Below are positions 13,566-25,996 of a stretch of 45,958 bases of DNA, piece after piece. A program made the position numbers and the translations under genes. The number at the start of each line of letters is the position of its first letter. Position 1 is the stretch's first letter. The notes beneath the pieces were generated by a model. The model saw only the letters and a program-made list of their open reading frames with translations, was not told the origin of the DNA and did not search any database. Origin of the DNA: Chiloscyllium plagiosum (lineage: Eukaryota); contig NC_057718.1 in NCBI RefSeq assembly GCF_004010195.1, forward strand, positions 41,000,023 to 41,045,980, given 5' to 3'.

Positions 13566-15048
13566 TCCAAGATGGTGGTGCATGGATATATATGTATAGT
13601 ATGGATATAAAACCTGGCACAGGGAATTCATTAGTACAGACCATGTGCTGAGTGATGTTAGGCTGTATCACTGATTTTTCTTCAATAATCAAGAAGTGTT
13701 GTAATTCACTTATGCACTTATTACTTGGTTTGTAATGAATGTTTTTAAATACATTTTACTTGATAAAGAAATGTCATTACAGAGCAGTTCAGCCAATATT
13801 TTCATTATGATGTCAGTTGGTATCACTGATTACCAATTTCAATGAATAAGTGTGCAACGTCTTAAAAGCATTAGTGTGTCCCTCTCTAAGCTATTCTCTT
13901 CTAAGCTATCCCTAAACAATCGTTCAAATTAATTTCTTGATTTGGCAAAATTGCCACCACACATACATGAGTTCAGGGGAACAAAGTAAACATCAGGTTT
14001 CTTTATTTGCCTGCTCTTTATTTTTTTTTTAACTGAAACATTAAACACTCTAATGTTGAAATGTTGTTTCAATTCAAAGACATTGGGACAGGAGCAAAGA
14101 CTGTATGTTGATTTATCAGCTCATCCTTCTCTGTTGATCTAGAAATAATGACGTACAAATTGCAAGTGCCAAAGAGGAAATAGATTGTAAGTTTATTGTG
14201 TATTCAAAACAGACAAGCTTTTGACTTACATGAGGTTGAAATGAATGGGTGATCCTGTATTTTTCTTTTTAAATTTATAGAAACTTTAAAAAATATTTCT
14301 AGCCAACTTTCTTACTCAAAGAAGTCATTCTTTGCTTTTTTTAAATGTTATGTCCTAACTTCTAACTGTTACTTTTTTCATGAAATTGTATGTTTTTTCT
14401 TTCAATTTAATAGTCTCTAACTTCCTTAGTTGAACACTGATGATGCATTCTAAAACTAGAGACTTGCTCTCTAACTGAATACATATTTGCTGAGTACAAA
14501 GAAATACCTCTTAAGTGTTTGCAACTGCATCACTAGTGACCTCTCTTTTAACCTCATTTCCCCATTCACTTGAGCCACCTCTTCCTTATGCCTTCATACT
14601 TGCTCTTATTAAGTTTAAAACAGTAGTCTTAGATCCACTGTTCTATGTCTCAAATTGAAGACCAATTATGTTATGACAAATAGGCTGCCTTCACTTTGAG
14701 GTTATTAATTAATGCTGTTCCATTGCACATTACAAGATCTAGAATAATCTTCTTCCTGATTGCCCCTAAGCTGCTTAACAAACTGTTCCAGAAAACAAAA
14801 TCTATGAATTCATCTTCCAGGCTAATATTACCAATCTGATTCATCCAAACTACATCAGATTAAAATTACCCATGATTATTATTGCACCTTACTCACAAGT
14901 CCCCATTATTTCTGTCTCTTTAGCCTGTTCACATTTTGATAACTGTTACGAGGTCTATAAGCAATTTCTACAAGTGATTTCTTCTGTTTACTATTTCTTA
15001 TCTCTACCCAAACTGTTTCTACATCTTGACTTTTAGAACAAAGCTCCT

Positions 15049-15152
15049 ACTTTCTATTTCAAAAATATACAGTACTTTAATCATAAAAGGTCTTTATATA
15101 TACATAGTCACAAATGCAGTTCAGTTTTGTACAGTAGCATACATAAGACAAT
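15049..15152 (-). mobile_element. ~100-bp L1/Tx1-type 3' tail insertion with 9-bp TSD
   Basis: tttcaaaaatatac...tttaatcataaaa resembles the tail at 22830-22860; aaagctcct at 15040-15048 and 15153-15161. Confidence 0.6.
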
Positions 15153-15282
15153 AAAGCTCCTGTCTCTCCATTGTATTAATACATAACTATGCTTCCACCT
15201 TCTCCTAGCTTCCTGTCCTAAAATCTTATATTTAGGGTCATCTTGTAGCTATGTCTTTGTAAATAATATCTGATCATACATA

Positions 15283-15652
15283 TGATGTGGAGGTGCTGGT
15301 GTTGGACTGGGGTGGACAAAGTTAAAGTTCAAGAGTGTGATGCTGGAATGATGAAGGGCTTTTGCCTGAAATGTCAATTTTCATGCTCTTCAGATGCTGC
15401 CTGACCTGCTGTGCTTTTCCAGCACCACACCGTTGACTCTAATCTCCAGCATCTGCAGTACTCACTTTTGCCAAAGTTAAAATTTGCACAACACCAGGTT
15501 ATAGTCCAATAGGTTTATTTGGCAGTACAAGCTTTCAGAGTGCTGCTCCTACATCAGGTAGCTACATGACAAAGGAGCAGTGCTGTAAAAGCTTGTACTT
15601 CCAAATAAACCTGTTGGATTATAACCTGGTATTGTGTGATTTTAATTTTGAT
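15283..15652. mobile_element. Palindromic Penelope-type terminal-repeat element (second family) carrying a nested insertion
   Basis: Arms cacaacaccaggttatagtccaataggtttatttgg / ccaaataaacctgttggattataacctggtattgtgtg; axis near 15560. Confidence 0.75.
15327..15471 (+). mobile_element. Short Penelope terminal-repeat insertion with hammerhead-like motif and 10-bp TSD
   Basis: ATGATGAAGGGCTTTTGCCTGAAATGTC at 15348-15375; caaagttaaa at 15317-15326 and 15472-15481. Confidence 0.82.
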
Positions 15653-16349
15653 CATGCGTAGTTCTTACTATTTCAGCTATCATTTCATCCAGTTTGTCAC
15701 AGATGTTGTATGCCTTCACATATAGACCCTTTAGTTCTGTCTTTTTTACTGTTTGTAAAATGCAGCTTTATCCGATTGTGCATTCTTACGTTTGTATGCA
15801 TTGTCTTTTCCTGCCACACTTTGATTATCAATATCCTTATTGCTACCTAGCATTCTTCCCTTGACTTCTCTCCTAATTTATCACATCTTCCCTCGTATGA
15901 AACTCACCTCCACTATTTATGTAAAGCCTTCTTTCCTGTCGTAGTTATAAAACTCACCAGAACACTTGTCCCACATTGGTTCAGGTGAAATCTGTTCCAA
16001 TAGTATACCTCCTATTTTCTCTAGTGCCAATGCCTCATGATTTAAACCCACTTCTCCAACACCAGTATTTCAACCATGCATTCCTTTCTCTAATCTGATT
16101 TATTCTATATTCATTTGCATCTGATTTGGGTAATAATCCAGAGATTATTTAACTTCGTGTTTCTGACTTTTAAGTTGGCCCTTAACAACTCACACTTTCT
16201 TAAGCAGAATCTCTTTACTAGTCCTATCGATGTTACTGATACCAACTCAGATCATGACCCTCCCACTGAAAGTACCTCTTCAGTCCAGAAGAGAAATCCA
16301 GAATTTTAGTATCAGCAGGCTACACAGTCTTCTCCCAGTCTCAACTTAG

Positions 16350-16430
16350 AATTGAATAGAATAGAATAGCAATTTATTGTCATGTGTATTTTTACAAATA
16401 AGATACAGTGAAAAGTTTTATAAGTTTTAT
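16350..16430 (-). mobile_element. Rex1-like 3' tail
   Basis: gaattgaatagaatag...tttattgtcatgtgta...atacagtgaaaag resembles 6880-6930 and 22240-22285. Confidence 0.55.
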
Positions 16431-16760
16431 GGGCGGCACGGTGGCACAGTGGTTAGCACTGCTGCCTCACAGCGCCTGAGACCCAGGTTCAATTCCCGCC
16501 TCAGGCGACTGACTGAGTGAAGTTTGCACGTTCTCCCTGTGTCTGCCTGGGTTTCCTCCGGGTGCTCCAGTTTCCTCCCACAGTCCAAAGATGTGCAGGT
16601 CAGGTGAATTGGCCATGCTAATTTGCCCGTAGTGTTAGGTAAGGGGTAAATTTAGGGGCATGGGTGGGTTGTGCTTCGGCGGGTCGGTGTGGACTTGTTG
16701 GGCCGAAGGGCCTGTTTCCACGCTGTAATGTAATCTAATCTAATCTACCGTAATCTAATC
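16431..16760 (+). mobile_element. HE1-type V-SINE (tRNA-derived, CR1-like tail), full length
   Basis: A box TGGCACAGTGG, B box GGTTCAATTCC, V domain ttgcacgttctccctgtgtctgcctgggtttcctccggg, CR1-like gggccgaagggcctgtttcc, (taatc)n tail. Confidence 0.93.
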
Positions 16761-16899
16761 TTGTCACGCCACGGTGCCTAAATTAATGACAAAAGTCATA
16801 AATAAAAAGTAAGTAAAAGTTCATCACAGTGCAATTAACAACAACTGGGTTCAGGGTATGCTGAAACTGGGCTGAAACTGCGACCTAGGGCAAGGCCAA

Positions 16900-17452
16900 G
16901 ATTGGGTTGAGACCACTACACCAGGCCAAGACCATCATAACGGGCCAGGACTGCCACACCTGGCCGAGGCTACCACACTGGGCCGGGATTCTCATACCAG
17001 GCTGAGACCGCCATACCAGGCCGAGACCACTACACTGCACGAATACTGCCACAGCGGGCCGAGATCGCCATACCAGGCCGAGGCCACCACATCAAGCCGA
17101 AACCACCGGACTGGACTGAAACTGCCACACTGGGTCTTAACTGCCATACTGGATCAGGACCGCCACACTTGGCCGAGACTGCTACACTGAGCCGAGACTG
17201 CTACACTGGGCCAAGACTACTACACTGGGACAAAACCACTCCACAGGATCAAGACTGCCACACTGTGCTGAGACCACCACACTGGCAAAGACCACTACAT
17301 CAGGCAGAGAACACCATACTGCACTGAAACTGCCACACTGGGTCGAAACTGCCATACTGGACCAGGACCGCCACACTCGGTCGAGCCCACTACATCAGAC
17401 CGAGACCGCTACAAGGGCTGAGACCGCCACACTGGAACTAGAACTCCATACT
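16900..17452. repeat. Diverged 19-bp tandem array
   Basis: Unit approximately GCCGAGACTGCCACACTGG, e.g. 17171-17230; roughly 28 copies. Confidence 0.9.
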
Positions 17453-17649
17453 GTTATTAGACCTTCACTCTGGGACTAGGCCTTCACTGTGGGCTGTAGG
17501 AAGACCTGGAGGCAGCCTCTATAGCAAGGACAAGACCTCCATGTGGGGACTAGACCTTCATGGCAGACTGCTGCAACACCTGGAAGCAACCGAAATAGAC
17601 ACAATGGAGAAGAACGCCAACCCAGGCCGAGACTGTCCCTCCTGGATAA

Positions 17650-20600
17650 CACCACCACACCAGGACACTGCCACCCCAGGACACCACCACGTCAGGAGAC
17701 CATCACACCAGGACACCACCACACCAGGACACCACCACACCAGGACACCACCACCCCAGGAGACCACCGCACCAGGACACCACCACACCAGGAGACTGCC
17801 ATACCAGGACACCACCACACCAGGACACCCTTCATGGCAGGCTGCTGCAACACCTGGAAGCAAGCGAAATAGACACAATGGAGAAGAACGCCAACCCAGG
17901 CCAAGACTGTCCCTCCTGGATAATACCACCACACCAGGACACCACCACACCAGGACACCGCCACCCCAGGACACCACCACATCAGGAGACCACCACACCA
18001 GGACACCGCCACCCCAGGAGACTGCCACACCAGGACACTGCCACCCCAGGACACCACCACCAGGAGACCGCAATGGAGAAGAACGCCAACCCAGGCCAAG
18101 ACTGTCCCTCCTGGATAATACCACCACACCAGGACACCACCACACCAGGACACCGCCACCCCAGGACACCACCACATCAGGACACCACCACACCAGGACA
18201 CCGCCACCCCAGGAGACCACCATACCAGGAGACTGCCACACCAGCAAACTGTCATATGGGGGACCCCCATACCGGGGGGACAGCCACACCAGGTGACTGC
18301 AACACCAGGAGACTGTCACATGGGGGACCACCAAATAGGGGGGACAGCTACACCAGGAGACTGCAACACCGGGAGACCACCACACCAGGAGACACACACA
18401 CCAGGAGACCGCCACACTGGGAGACAGCCACACTAGGAGACTGTCACATTGGGAGACCGCCACACTGGGAGACAGCCACACTGGGAGACTGTCACATTGG
18501 GATACAACCACACTGGGAGACAGCCACACTGGGAGACTGTCACATTGGGATACAACCACACTGGGAGACAGCCACACTGGGAGACTGTCACAAACCACCA
18601 TACCAGGAGACTGCCACACCAGCAAACTGTCACATGGGGGACCCCCATACCTGGGGGACAGCCGCACCAGGTGACTGCAACACCAGGAGACTGGCACATG
18701 GGGGACCACCAAATGGGGGGGACAGCTACACCAGGAGACTGTAACACCGGGAGACCACCACACCAGGAGACCGCCACATGGGGGACTGCCACACTGGCAG
18801 ACCGCACGACTGGGAGACAGCCACACTGGGAGACAGCCACACTGGTAAGACTGTCACACTGGGAGACCGCCACACTGGGAGGCAGCCACACTGGGAGACT
18901 GTCACACTGGGAGACCGCCACACTGGGAGACTGTCACACTGGGATACCGCCACACTGGGAGACTATCACATTGGGAGAATGCCACAATGGGAGACCGCCT
19001 CACTGGGAGACAGCTACACTGGGAGACAGCCAAACTGAGAGACAGCCACACTGGGAGACTGTCACACAGGGATACTGTCACACTGGGAGACTGTCACACA
19101 GGGATACTGTCACATTGGGAGAACGCCACACTGGGAGACCACTATACTGGGAGACCACTACACTAGGAGTCAGCCACACTGGGAGACAGCCACACTGGGA
19201 GACCACCACACTGGGAGACCGCCACACTGGGAGACCGCCACACTGGGAGACTGTCACATTGGGAGACTGTCACATTGGGAGAACGTCGGACTGGGAGACT
19301 GTCACACAGGGATACTGTCACATTGGGAGAACGCCACACTGGGAGACCGCCACACTGGGAGACCACTATACTGGGAGACCACTACACTGGGAGTCAGCCA
19401 CACTGGGAGACAGCCACACTGGGAGACAGCCACACTGGGAGACCACTACACTGGGAGACCGCCACACTGGGAGACCACCACACTGGGAGACCGCCACACT
19501 GGGAGACTGTCACATTGGGAGAACGCCGGACTGGGAGACAGCCACACTGGGAGAATACCAGACTGAGAGACCACCACACTGAGAGACCACCACACTGGAA
19601 GACCACTACACTGGGAGACAGCCACTCTGGGAGACTGTCACATTAGGAGACAGCCACACTGGGAGACTATCACACTGGGAGACAGTCACACTGGGAGACC
19701 GCCACACCGGGAGACCGCCACACTGGAAGACCACCACACTGAGAGACCACCACACTGGGAGACCACTACACTGGAAGACCACTACACTGGGAGACAGCCA
19801 CACTGGGAGATTGTCACATTGGGAGAATGCCACACTGGGAGACAGCCACACTGGGAGACAGTCACACTGGGAAACAGTCACACTGGGAGACCACCACACC
19901 GGGAGACCGCCACACTGGGAGACCACCACATTGGGACAGCCACTGGGAGACAGCCACACTGGGAGACCGCCACACCGGGAGACCACCACACTGGGAGACC
20001 ACCACACTGGGAGGCCACCACACCGGGAGGCCACCACACTGGGAGGCCACCACACCGGGAGGCCACCACACTGGGAGACCACCACACTGGGAGACCACCA
20101 CACTGGGAGACAGCAACACTGGGAGACAGCTACACTGGGAGACAGCAACACTAGGAGGCAGCAACACTGGGAGGCAGCCACACTGGGAGACAGCAACACT
20201 AGGAGGCAGCAACACTGGGAGGCAGCCACACTGGGAGGCAGCCACACTGGGAGACAGCAACACTGGGAGACAGCCACACTGGAAGACCACCACGCAGGGT
20301 GACAGCCACACTGGGAGACAGCAACACTGGGAGGCAGCCACATTGGGAGACTACCACACTGGGAGACCGCCACACCAGGAGACTGTTACACTGTGAGACT
20401 GTCACATTGGGAGACCGCCACACCGGGAGACTGTCACATTGGGAGACAGCCACATTGGGAGACAGCCACACTGGGCAACAGCCACACTGGGAGACATCCA
20501 CACTGGGAGACTGTTACACTGGGAGGGAGCCACACTGGGAGACTGTTACACTGTGAGACTGCCACACTGTGAGACTGCCACACTGAGAGACCACCACATT

Positions 20601-21005
20601 GGGAGACCGCCACATAGGGAGAACGCCACACTGGTAGACCGCCACACTGGGAGACCACTACACTGGGCGACCACCACACTGGGAGACTGCCCACTGGGAG
20701 ACAGCCAAACTGGGAGACAGCCACACTGGGAGACAGCCACACAAGGAGACAGCCACAATGGGAGGCCAGTACACTGGGAATCTGCCACACAGGAGTCCAG
20801 TACACTGAGAGACCAGCACACGAAGAGACTGCCTCACTCGGAGCAGTACACCCGGAAACTGCCACACCTGGAATCTGGCACACCAAGAGACCGGCATACC
20901 GAGAGACCGGCACATTAGGAGGCCGGCACACTGGGAGATCGGCACACTGGGAGACCGCCACACCAAGAGACTACCACACCAGGAGACTGGAACACTGGGA
21001 GATCT
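17650..21005. repeat. 16-bp minisatellite (~200 units) with higher-order duplications
   Basis: Units CAGGACACCACCACAC grading into TGGGAGACAGCCACAC; the 16-aa periodicity of the ORFs (TGRQPHWETATLGDSH) equals 3 units. Confidence 0.97.
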
Positions 21006-21149
21006 CACTGCCAGGTACCAGGCCTGTACTGTCATTCCTGGCTAATGGAAGCCGCCTCATTGCTTGACCTGGTCTGGGAGAAGATGCCTTCCACCAAAGT
21101 CGTTAAGAAGTGGTAATGTACCATATTAAATAGAAACATTAAAAAATAG

Positions 21150-21450
21150 TTTCTTGCCCATTACCCAATCCTTTACCTATGCTAATACATTATCCCCATT
21201 TCCATTATCCAATCTATTAACTGTTTGCATGACATCTTATCAAATATCCTTTCAAAATCCTACGACTATCCATTTCCTTATTCCCATCCTACCAATTACA
21301 TTCACATGAAAACTCTAATAAATTTACTGAACTGGATTTCCCATTTGTAAAACCATGGTGACTTGTTCTAACCATGCTATTTTTTTAAAGTATGTTCTTA
21401 AGACCTCACAATAATAAATTTAGCATTTCATAGTGACTGGTTTTATGACA
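21150..21450 (-). mobile_element. Old CR1 RT fragment
   Basis: Reverse contains DF.RIFDK-like and QHG-region remnants (aaaaccatggtgact). Confidence 0.5.
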
Positions 21451-21904
21451 AAACTCCTAATGAAATGCAGCATCTACAAAAACCAGCATGATATCATCTA
21501 ATCCTGTTCGAAGGTAGTTGCACAGAAATGAACAGTAGGGTCTCCTTTTGAGTATATTAGGAGAGTTTACATCTTTGGCAGGAGAAAGCTCCTGTTGCAT
21601 ATCTTCTCAATATTCCTTTCTGTTGAAGTCGCCTGTGTTATTGGCTGATTGCCAAAGCACAACACAGTAGGGTAATAAGGCACACTGGCTAATTAATGGT
21701 TCCAAACATTAATTCACTATGACTCAATTCTTTTATAGGGTAGGATGGAGTGTGCCAGTATTCCTCCTCCTTCTCAAAAATTATTTGTTACTTGTTGCTA
21801 TTTATTTAAACTAATTATAAAACTGCAAAGAGATAAAACTGCCAACTGACAACCCTGCTAACTAATTTTTTACAGTCTTAAAGAAAGTAAACATATATCA
21901 AACA

Positions 21905-22025
21905 ACAATATAGTACTACAGATGCTGGAAATCTCAAAAAGAAACTGAAGTGCTGAATGCACCCAGGTCAGGCAGCATCTGGACAGAAAAAAACACAGCC
22001 AGTGTTTGAGGTTGAACATTTTTCT
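21905..22025 (-). mobile_element. Penelope terminal-repeat fragment
   Basis: tactacagatgctggaaatct...caggtcaggcagcatctg, the same family as 26000-26170. Confidence 0.65.
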
Positions 22026-22234
22026 GCAATAAGAACTTACACTACACCTTTAATATAATGAAACATCCAAAGTGCTTCAAAGGTGGATTTTGAAACAAAG
22101 TAAGACACTGAGGCACATAAGGCCATATTAAATCTGATGACCAAAAGTTTAATCAAGGAGGTAGTTTAAAGGAGCATCTTCAGGGAGATAGGTGTATTTG
22201 TGGTTAGGGAGCACATAAAATGGAATGGGAGGTT

Positions 22235-22635
22235 TTGATTTGATATGTATTATTATTGTCACACGTTCTTAAGTACAGTGAAAAATTAAGTTTTGTCTGC
22301 AGTACAGGCAGATCACAACATACAAAGATCATTGGGAGATTGAACAGAGTGAGGAATACAAGGTTACAGCTGCAAAGAAGGTGCATAAAAAGCAAGATCA
22401 ATATTAGATTTGAAATTTGAGAGGTCCATCCAGCCTCATAACAGCAGGGAAGAGACTGTTCTTGAACCTGTTGGTTCGTGTGTTTAGATGTTTGTATGTT
22501 CTGTCTGATGGAAGAGGTTGGAAGAGATTATAACTGGGGTGGGAGGCGTCTTTGACGATGTTGGCTGACGATTTTCGCAGCAGCGAGAAGTGTAGATGGA
22601 GTCAATGGATGGAAGGTTGGCTTGCATGATGATTG
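22235..22635 (-). mobile_element. Rex1/Babar LINE 3' fragment
   Basis: Minus translation LPSDRTYKHLNTRTNRFKNSLFPAVMR matches the Rex1 C-terminal LPSGRRYR...TTR..NSFFP signature. Confidence 0.8.
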
Positions 22636-22821
22636 GTTAACTACCTTCACACCACCTCGTCCCCACACAAATAATGCAATGGGTGGAAAAGGTACCAGCC
22701 AGCCCACACTTCCTTAAACTATTGAGGGCCTTAATTGCTCGAGTCAGTGGCAATTCTGTTTCCACTGATATATTTGGGCAGTTGAGGCAGAAGGGGATGG
22801 TCAATCTATTTTACAACAAGT

Positions 22822-23176
22822 TATTTTTAATTTCAAAAATATACTTTATTCATAAAATTATTTTGATATCTATACAATTGGTCACGCCATACATATATAT
22901 ATATACATTCCATTTCCTTACATACAGAGATCGGAATTAATCATTCGTATATCCAGGTCTGTACGTTTACCATCCATATATTTAGCTGATGCTTCAGTGG
23001 AGCCCACTTACTGAGTGGGCCCCCTGTTCTTCTTGGGCAGGCAGATGTTACACAGTAGTCTTTCCCCACCGTGCCTTGGCGGCAGCTGCCCCAAGCTTCA
23101 GTGCGTCCCTTAACACGTAGTCCTGGACCTTGGAATGTGCCAGTCTGCAACACTCAGTCGGGGTCAACTCCTTCAA
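22822..23176 (-). mobile_element. L1/Tx1-clade LINE 3' end
   Basis: Minus translation KELTPTECCRLAHSKVQDYVLRDALKLGAAAAKARWGKTTV*, 3' UTR with AATAAA and an A-rich end. Confidence 0.7.
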
Positions 23177-25074
23177 ATCTGGTTAAAGGGCAGGAAAAGG
23201 TGGGAGTGGGGGTTGGTGTGGATTGTGCCCAGTGTTGAGCAGCCACTTATAAATGTCCCTATTTTTGTCAGGGTGCCTGATCTCACCCCATTCAAAAAGG
23301 TCCAACTCACATTACCCAAGAATCCTTGTTGCCTTCTGCCCCGGGGACAGCTTCCAGTGCAGCAAGCACCCACTGCTGTAATTACTGATTGCTGCTATAA
23401 CTGGCCAGCAACTCTCTCGAGTGGGATTGTCTTCCATTAAATTATGGAGCGCGGGGAGTGTTTGATTTGAAGCCTCCCACAATATAATATCCCCAAAGGA
23501 CTGTTGTTTCTTAAAATTCAAATAATTTGAGACCAAAGATGCTTCCCAGTGATTGAACAGCAAACCATTTTAAAATGCAGCCTTGTGTGATTGAATATTT
23601 TGAGCTGAGATCTCAATTAAATACCAAGTGTTTCATATCAGATTTTCCAAAAATCTTAGGAAAAATAAGAATTAATTATTTTTATACAGATATACATACA
23701 CAATACAGAATGATATTGAGACCCTATCTATCGTAAGGTCACTAAATGTAGGCAGTTGTAATTAATATGGTGGATAATGGTGAGAAAATAGCTGTGGGAA
23801 TAGAAGTTATTAATTGATAATGGCCATCAAATTTATGTAATAGTAGAAATGTAAACAAGAAATGGTATCTTAAAAGATTTGTGTTAAACTAAACCTGATG
23901 ACAAATGTCTGACTTATTCTGTGGTAATTTGTACCAGTGGTCAACAAAAAGCTGATGTAACATAAAGGGTCATGAAAACAAAGTGGAGCAATTAAAACTC
24001 TTTTCCCAACAATTACTTCAAAGAAAAAACTAGGCAGACATATTCTGAGAATATTTTGAGAACATTACATATTAAAAGTAACTCGTTACAAAGGCATTGA
24101 AGCTCTTTTTGGATCTGTACATTGATTAAAGAGTTCTAACCCTGGCAACTTAGTAAAAACATAAGAAAAGAAATTCACTTGGAGAGTAAAGCATTATAAT
24201 AGCAAAGCAGGCTTTGCCAGAAACAAATGCTTCTATAATAACTTTTGTCCAAACAATAACACTACTTATAATCATGAAAAGCAGATGTCTGATCTCAAAG
24301 TGAGAGTTATTGCCTAGATACTTCATATTTTTACTGTCCAAAATCAATTCCAGGTCAGAAAATTTATTTATCTCCAAAGGTTTGCCAGGATGTGAAGGAA
24401 AACTCCTTTTTCTTTTCAGCTGAACTAAACAATTTACTTCAAAGCTTTCATGTGAACTTGGTTTTTGTTTCATTGAACATAACCACTGAACTCCAGAAAT
24501 CTGTAACAATAAAGGATATTCAAGAAAGCAATTTTTGCACTGGATTGTCTCTTTAAATGCAACAACAGAGATGCACCAACTATTTAAAATCAATCTCGTT
24601 TTACATTATGGTTGGGGGCAGGGAGTTGGAATTACCATCACCATTTTTTCTTGACTGAAAGGTGAGTGATTGACAGTTGACAATTGTAGAGGATTATGTT
24701 ATGAATGTACATTGGCTACCCGTTTAACGGAAGTATATAAATAGGAGCAGCTCCCTTGAATCTTTTTAATAATATCATAGCTGAAGCCTAAACTTACCTC
24801 AGCTTTCTTGCCCAATTCACATAGCCCATAGTGTCCAACAATTTATTGATATCAGCCTTGAATAGTTGATGCCCATGTTCAGTTGATGTAATAGTTTGGC
24901 AGCCTGAAATTACAGCTGGCTTGCTTGGAACAGGGTGTAAGTACTTAATTTTGCAAATTAGGGTCCAACGCCAGTTGTAGGATCCAAATGTCAAACTTTA
25001 TGTACAATGGGGAGACAGACATTTGATGCACATGCTCTGCCCAGTTTACATGAGATACATATGAAATATGGCAC

Positions 25075-25595
25075 AAAAATTGACCATTTGGCACAATAAT
25101 CTGTGCCAGTATTTATATTTCATTCGAACCTCACCCTATTTTCCTCATAGAAATTTATCTTTGTAACCATCTATTCCTTTCTCCTCATATTGTTGTCTAG
25201 TTTTCCCTTAAATGCATTAAACTATTCACTTCAAACTATCCACATTCTCACTAGTCTTTAGGGAAAGAAGTTACTTCTGAATTCCCTATTGGATTTCTTG
25301 GCCACTCGTTTATATTGATGGCTGCTAATTATGCTCTCTCCTACAAGGGGAAACATTCTCTTTGTCGACACTTCTGTAATTTTAAAGTCCCCTTTTAGGC
25401 CACATCTCAGCCTGCCATTTTCAAGAGAAAAGAGAAACGGTCTGTCATTTCCTTCCTGACATATACACCTATGCATTTCTAAAAGTGTCCTGGTCAATCT
25501 CTGCACTGTCCCCAATGTCTCTATAGCCCTATCATATTATGGTAATCAAAAGGACAAGCATTATTCAATGTGTGGTCTGACCAATTACAGCTGCA
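25075..25595 (-). mobile_element. Old CR1 3' fragment; another decayed tail at ~24735-24880
   Basis: LFSLENGRLRCGL...FPLVGES...REFRSNFF. Confidence 0.75.
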
Positions 25596-25766
25596 CTAGG
25601 CAAAAATGAGGACTGCACATGCTGGAGATTAGAATCAAGATTAGAGTGGTGCTGGAAAAGCACATCAGGTCAGGCAGCATCCCAGGAGCAGGAAAATCCA
25701 AGATTAGTTCCTGCTTCCTAGATGCTGCCTGACCTGCTGTGCTTTTCCAGCACTCTCTAATCTTGA
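25596..25766 (-). mobile_element. Fold-back Penelope terminal-repeat insertion with 14-bp TSD
   Basis: Arms caagattagagtggtgctggaaaagcac / gtgcttttccagcactctctaatcttg; caattacagctgca at 25582-25595 and 25767-25780. Confidence 0.85.
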
Positions 25767-25996
25767 CAATTACAGCTGCATTACAGAGCTAGCATAGCCT
25801 CCATGCTTTTCAATTCTGTGCTTTCAGAATTAAAGGTTTAGTTTCCCGTCTTCTGCCACTCTTAATAACTACCCTATATTCTAACTCGCTACTTTCTGTC
25901 TTGAAATCAGCTAGCCGTCCATTCTGCCAGTTCTCCCATGAGTTTACATTCTCTAACCTTATTCAATAGTCTATTTTGAGGCACTTCATTAGAGGC

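Larger units (their letters stand above)
14510..16335 (-). mobile_element. Old CR1 LINE (ORF1 esterase and endonuclease region), heavily decayed, with nested inserts
   Basis: Reverse of attacccatgattatt gives IIMGNF(N); reverse of 15970-16050 resembles the GF..HW....DGLHLN esterase block seen intact at 45273-45470. Confidence 0.6.

Noticed and set aside
16431..16500. tRNA gene
   Set aside because: It is the tRNA-derived head of the HE1 SINE, continuous with the V domain and tail.
18400..20700. V(D)J recombination signal array (CACACTG resembles heptamer CACAGTG)
   Set aside because: No nonamer at 12/23 spacing and no Ig or TCR segments nearby.
16900..21005. CRISPR-like repeat/spacer array
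   Set aside because: Units are head-to-tail without unique spacers, the few inserts are themselves duplicated, there are no cas genes, and the context is a vertebrate genome.
17541..21035. Long ORFs of 160-422 aa on both strands (His/Thr/Trp- or Cys/Val-rich)
   Set aside because: The 16-bp unit has no stop in any frame, so ORFs overlap in all six frames; variants do not preserve a single frame. Treated as an artefact.
24794..24903. Apparent minus-strand exon with AG|gtaagt donor
   Set aside because: Sequence matches a decayed CR1 3' end (tattcaaggctgatatcaataaattgttggacact...ctgctcctatt).
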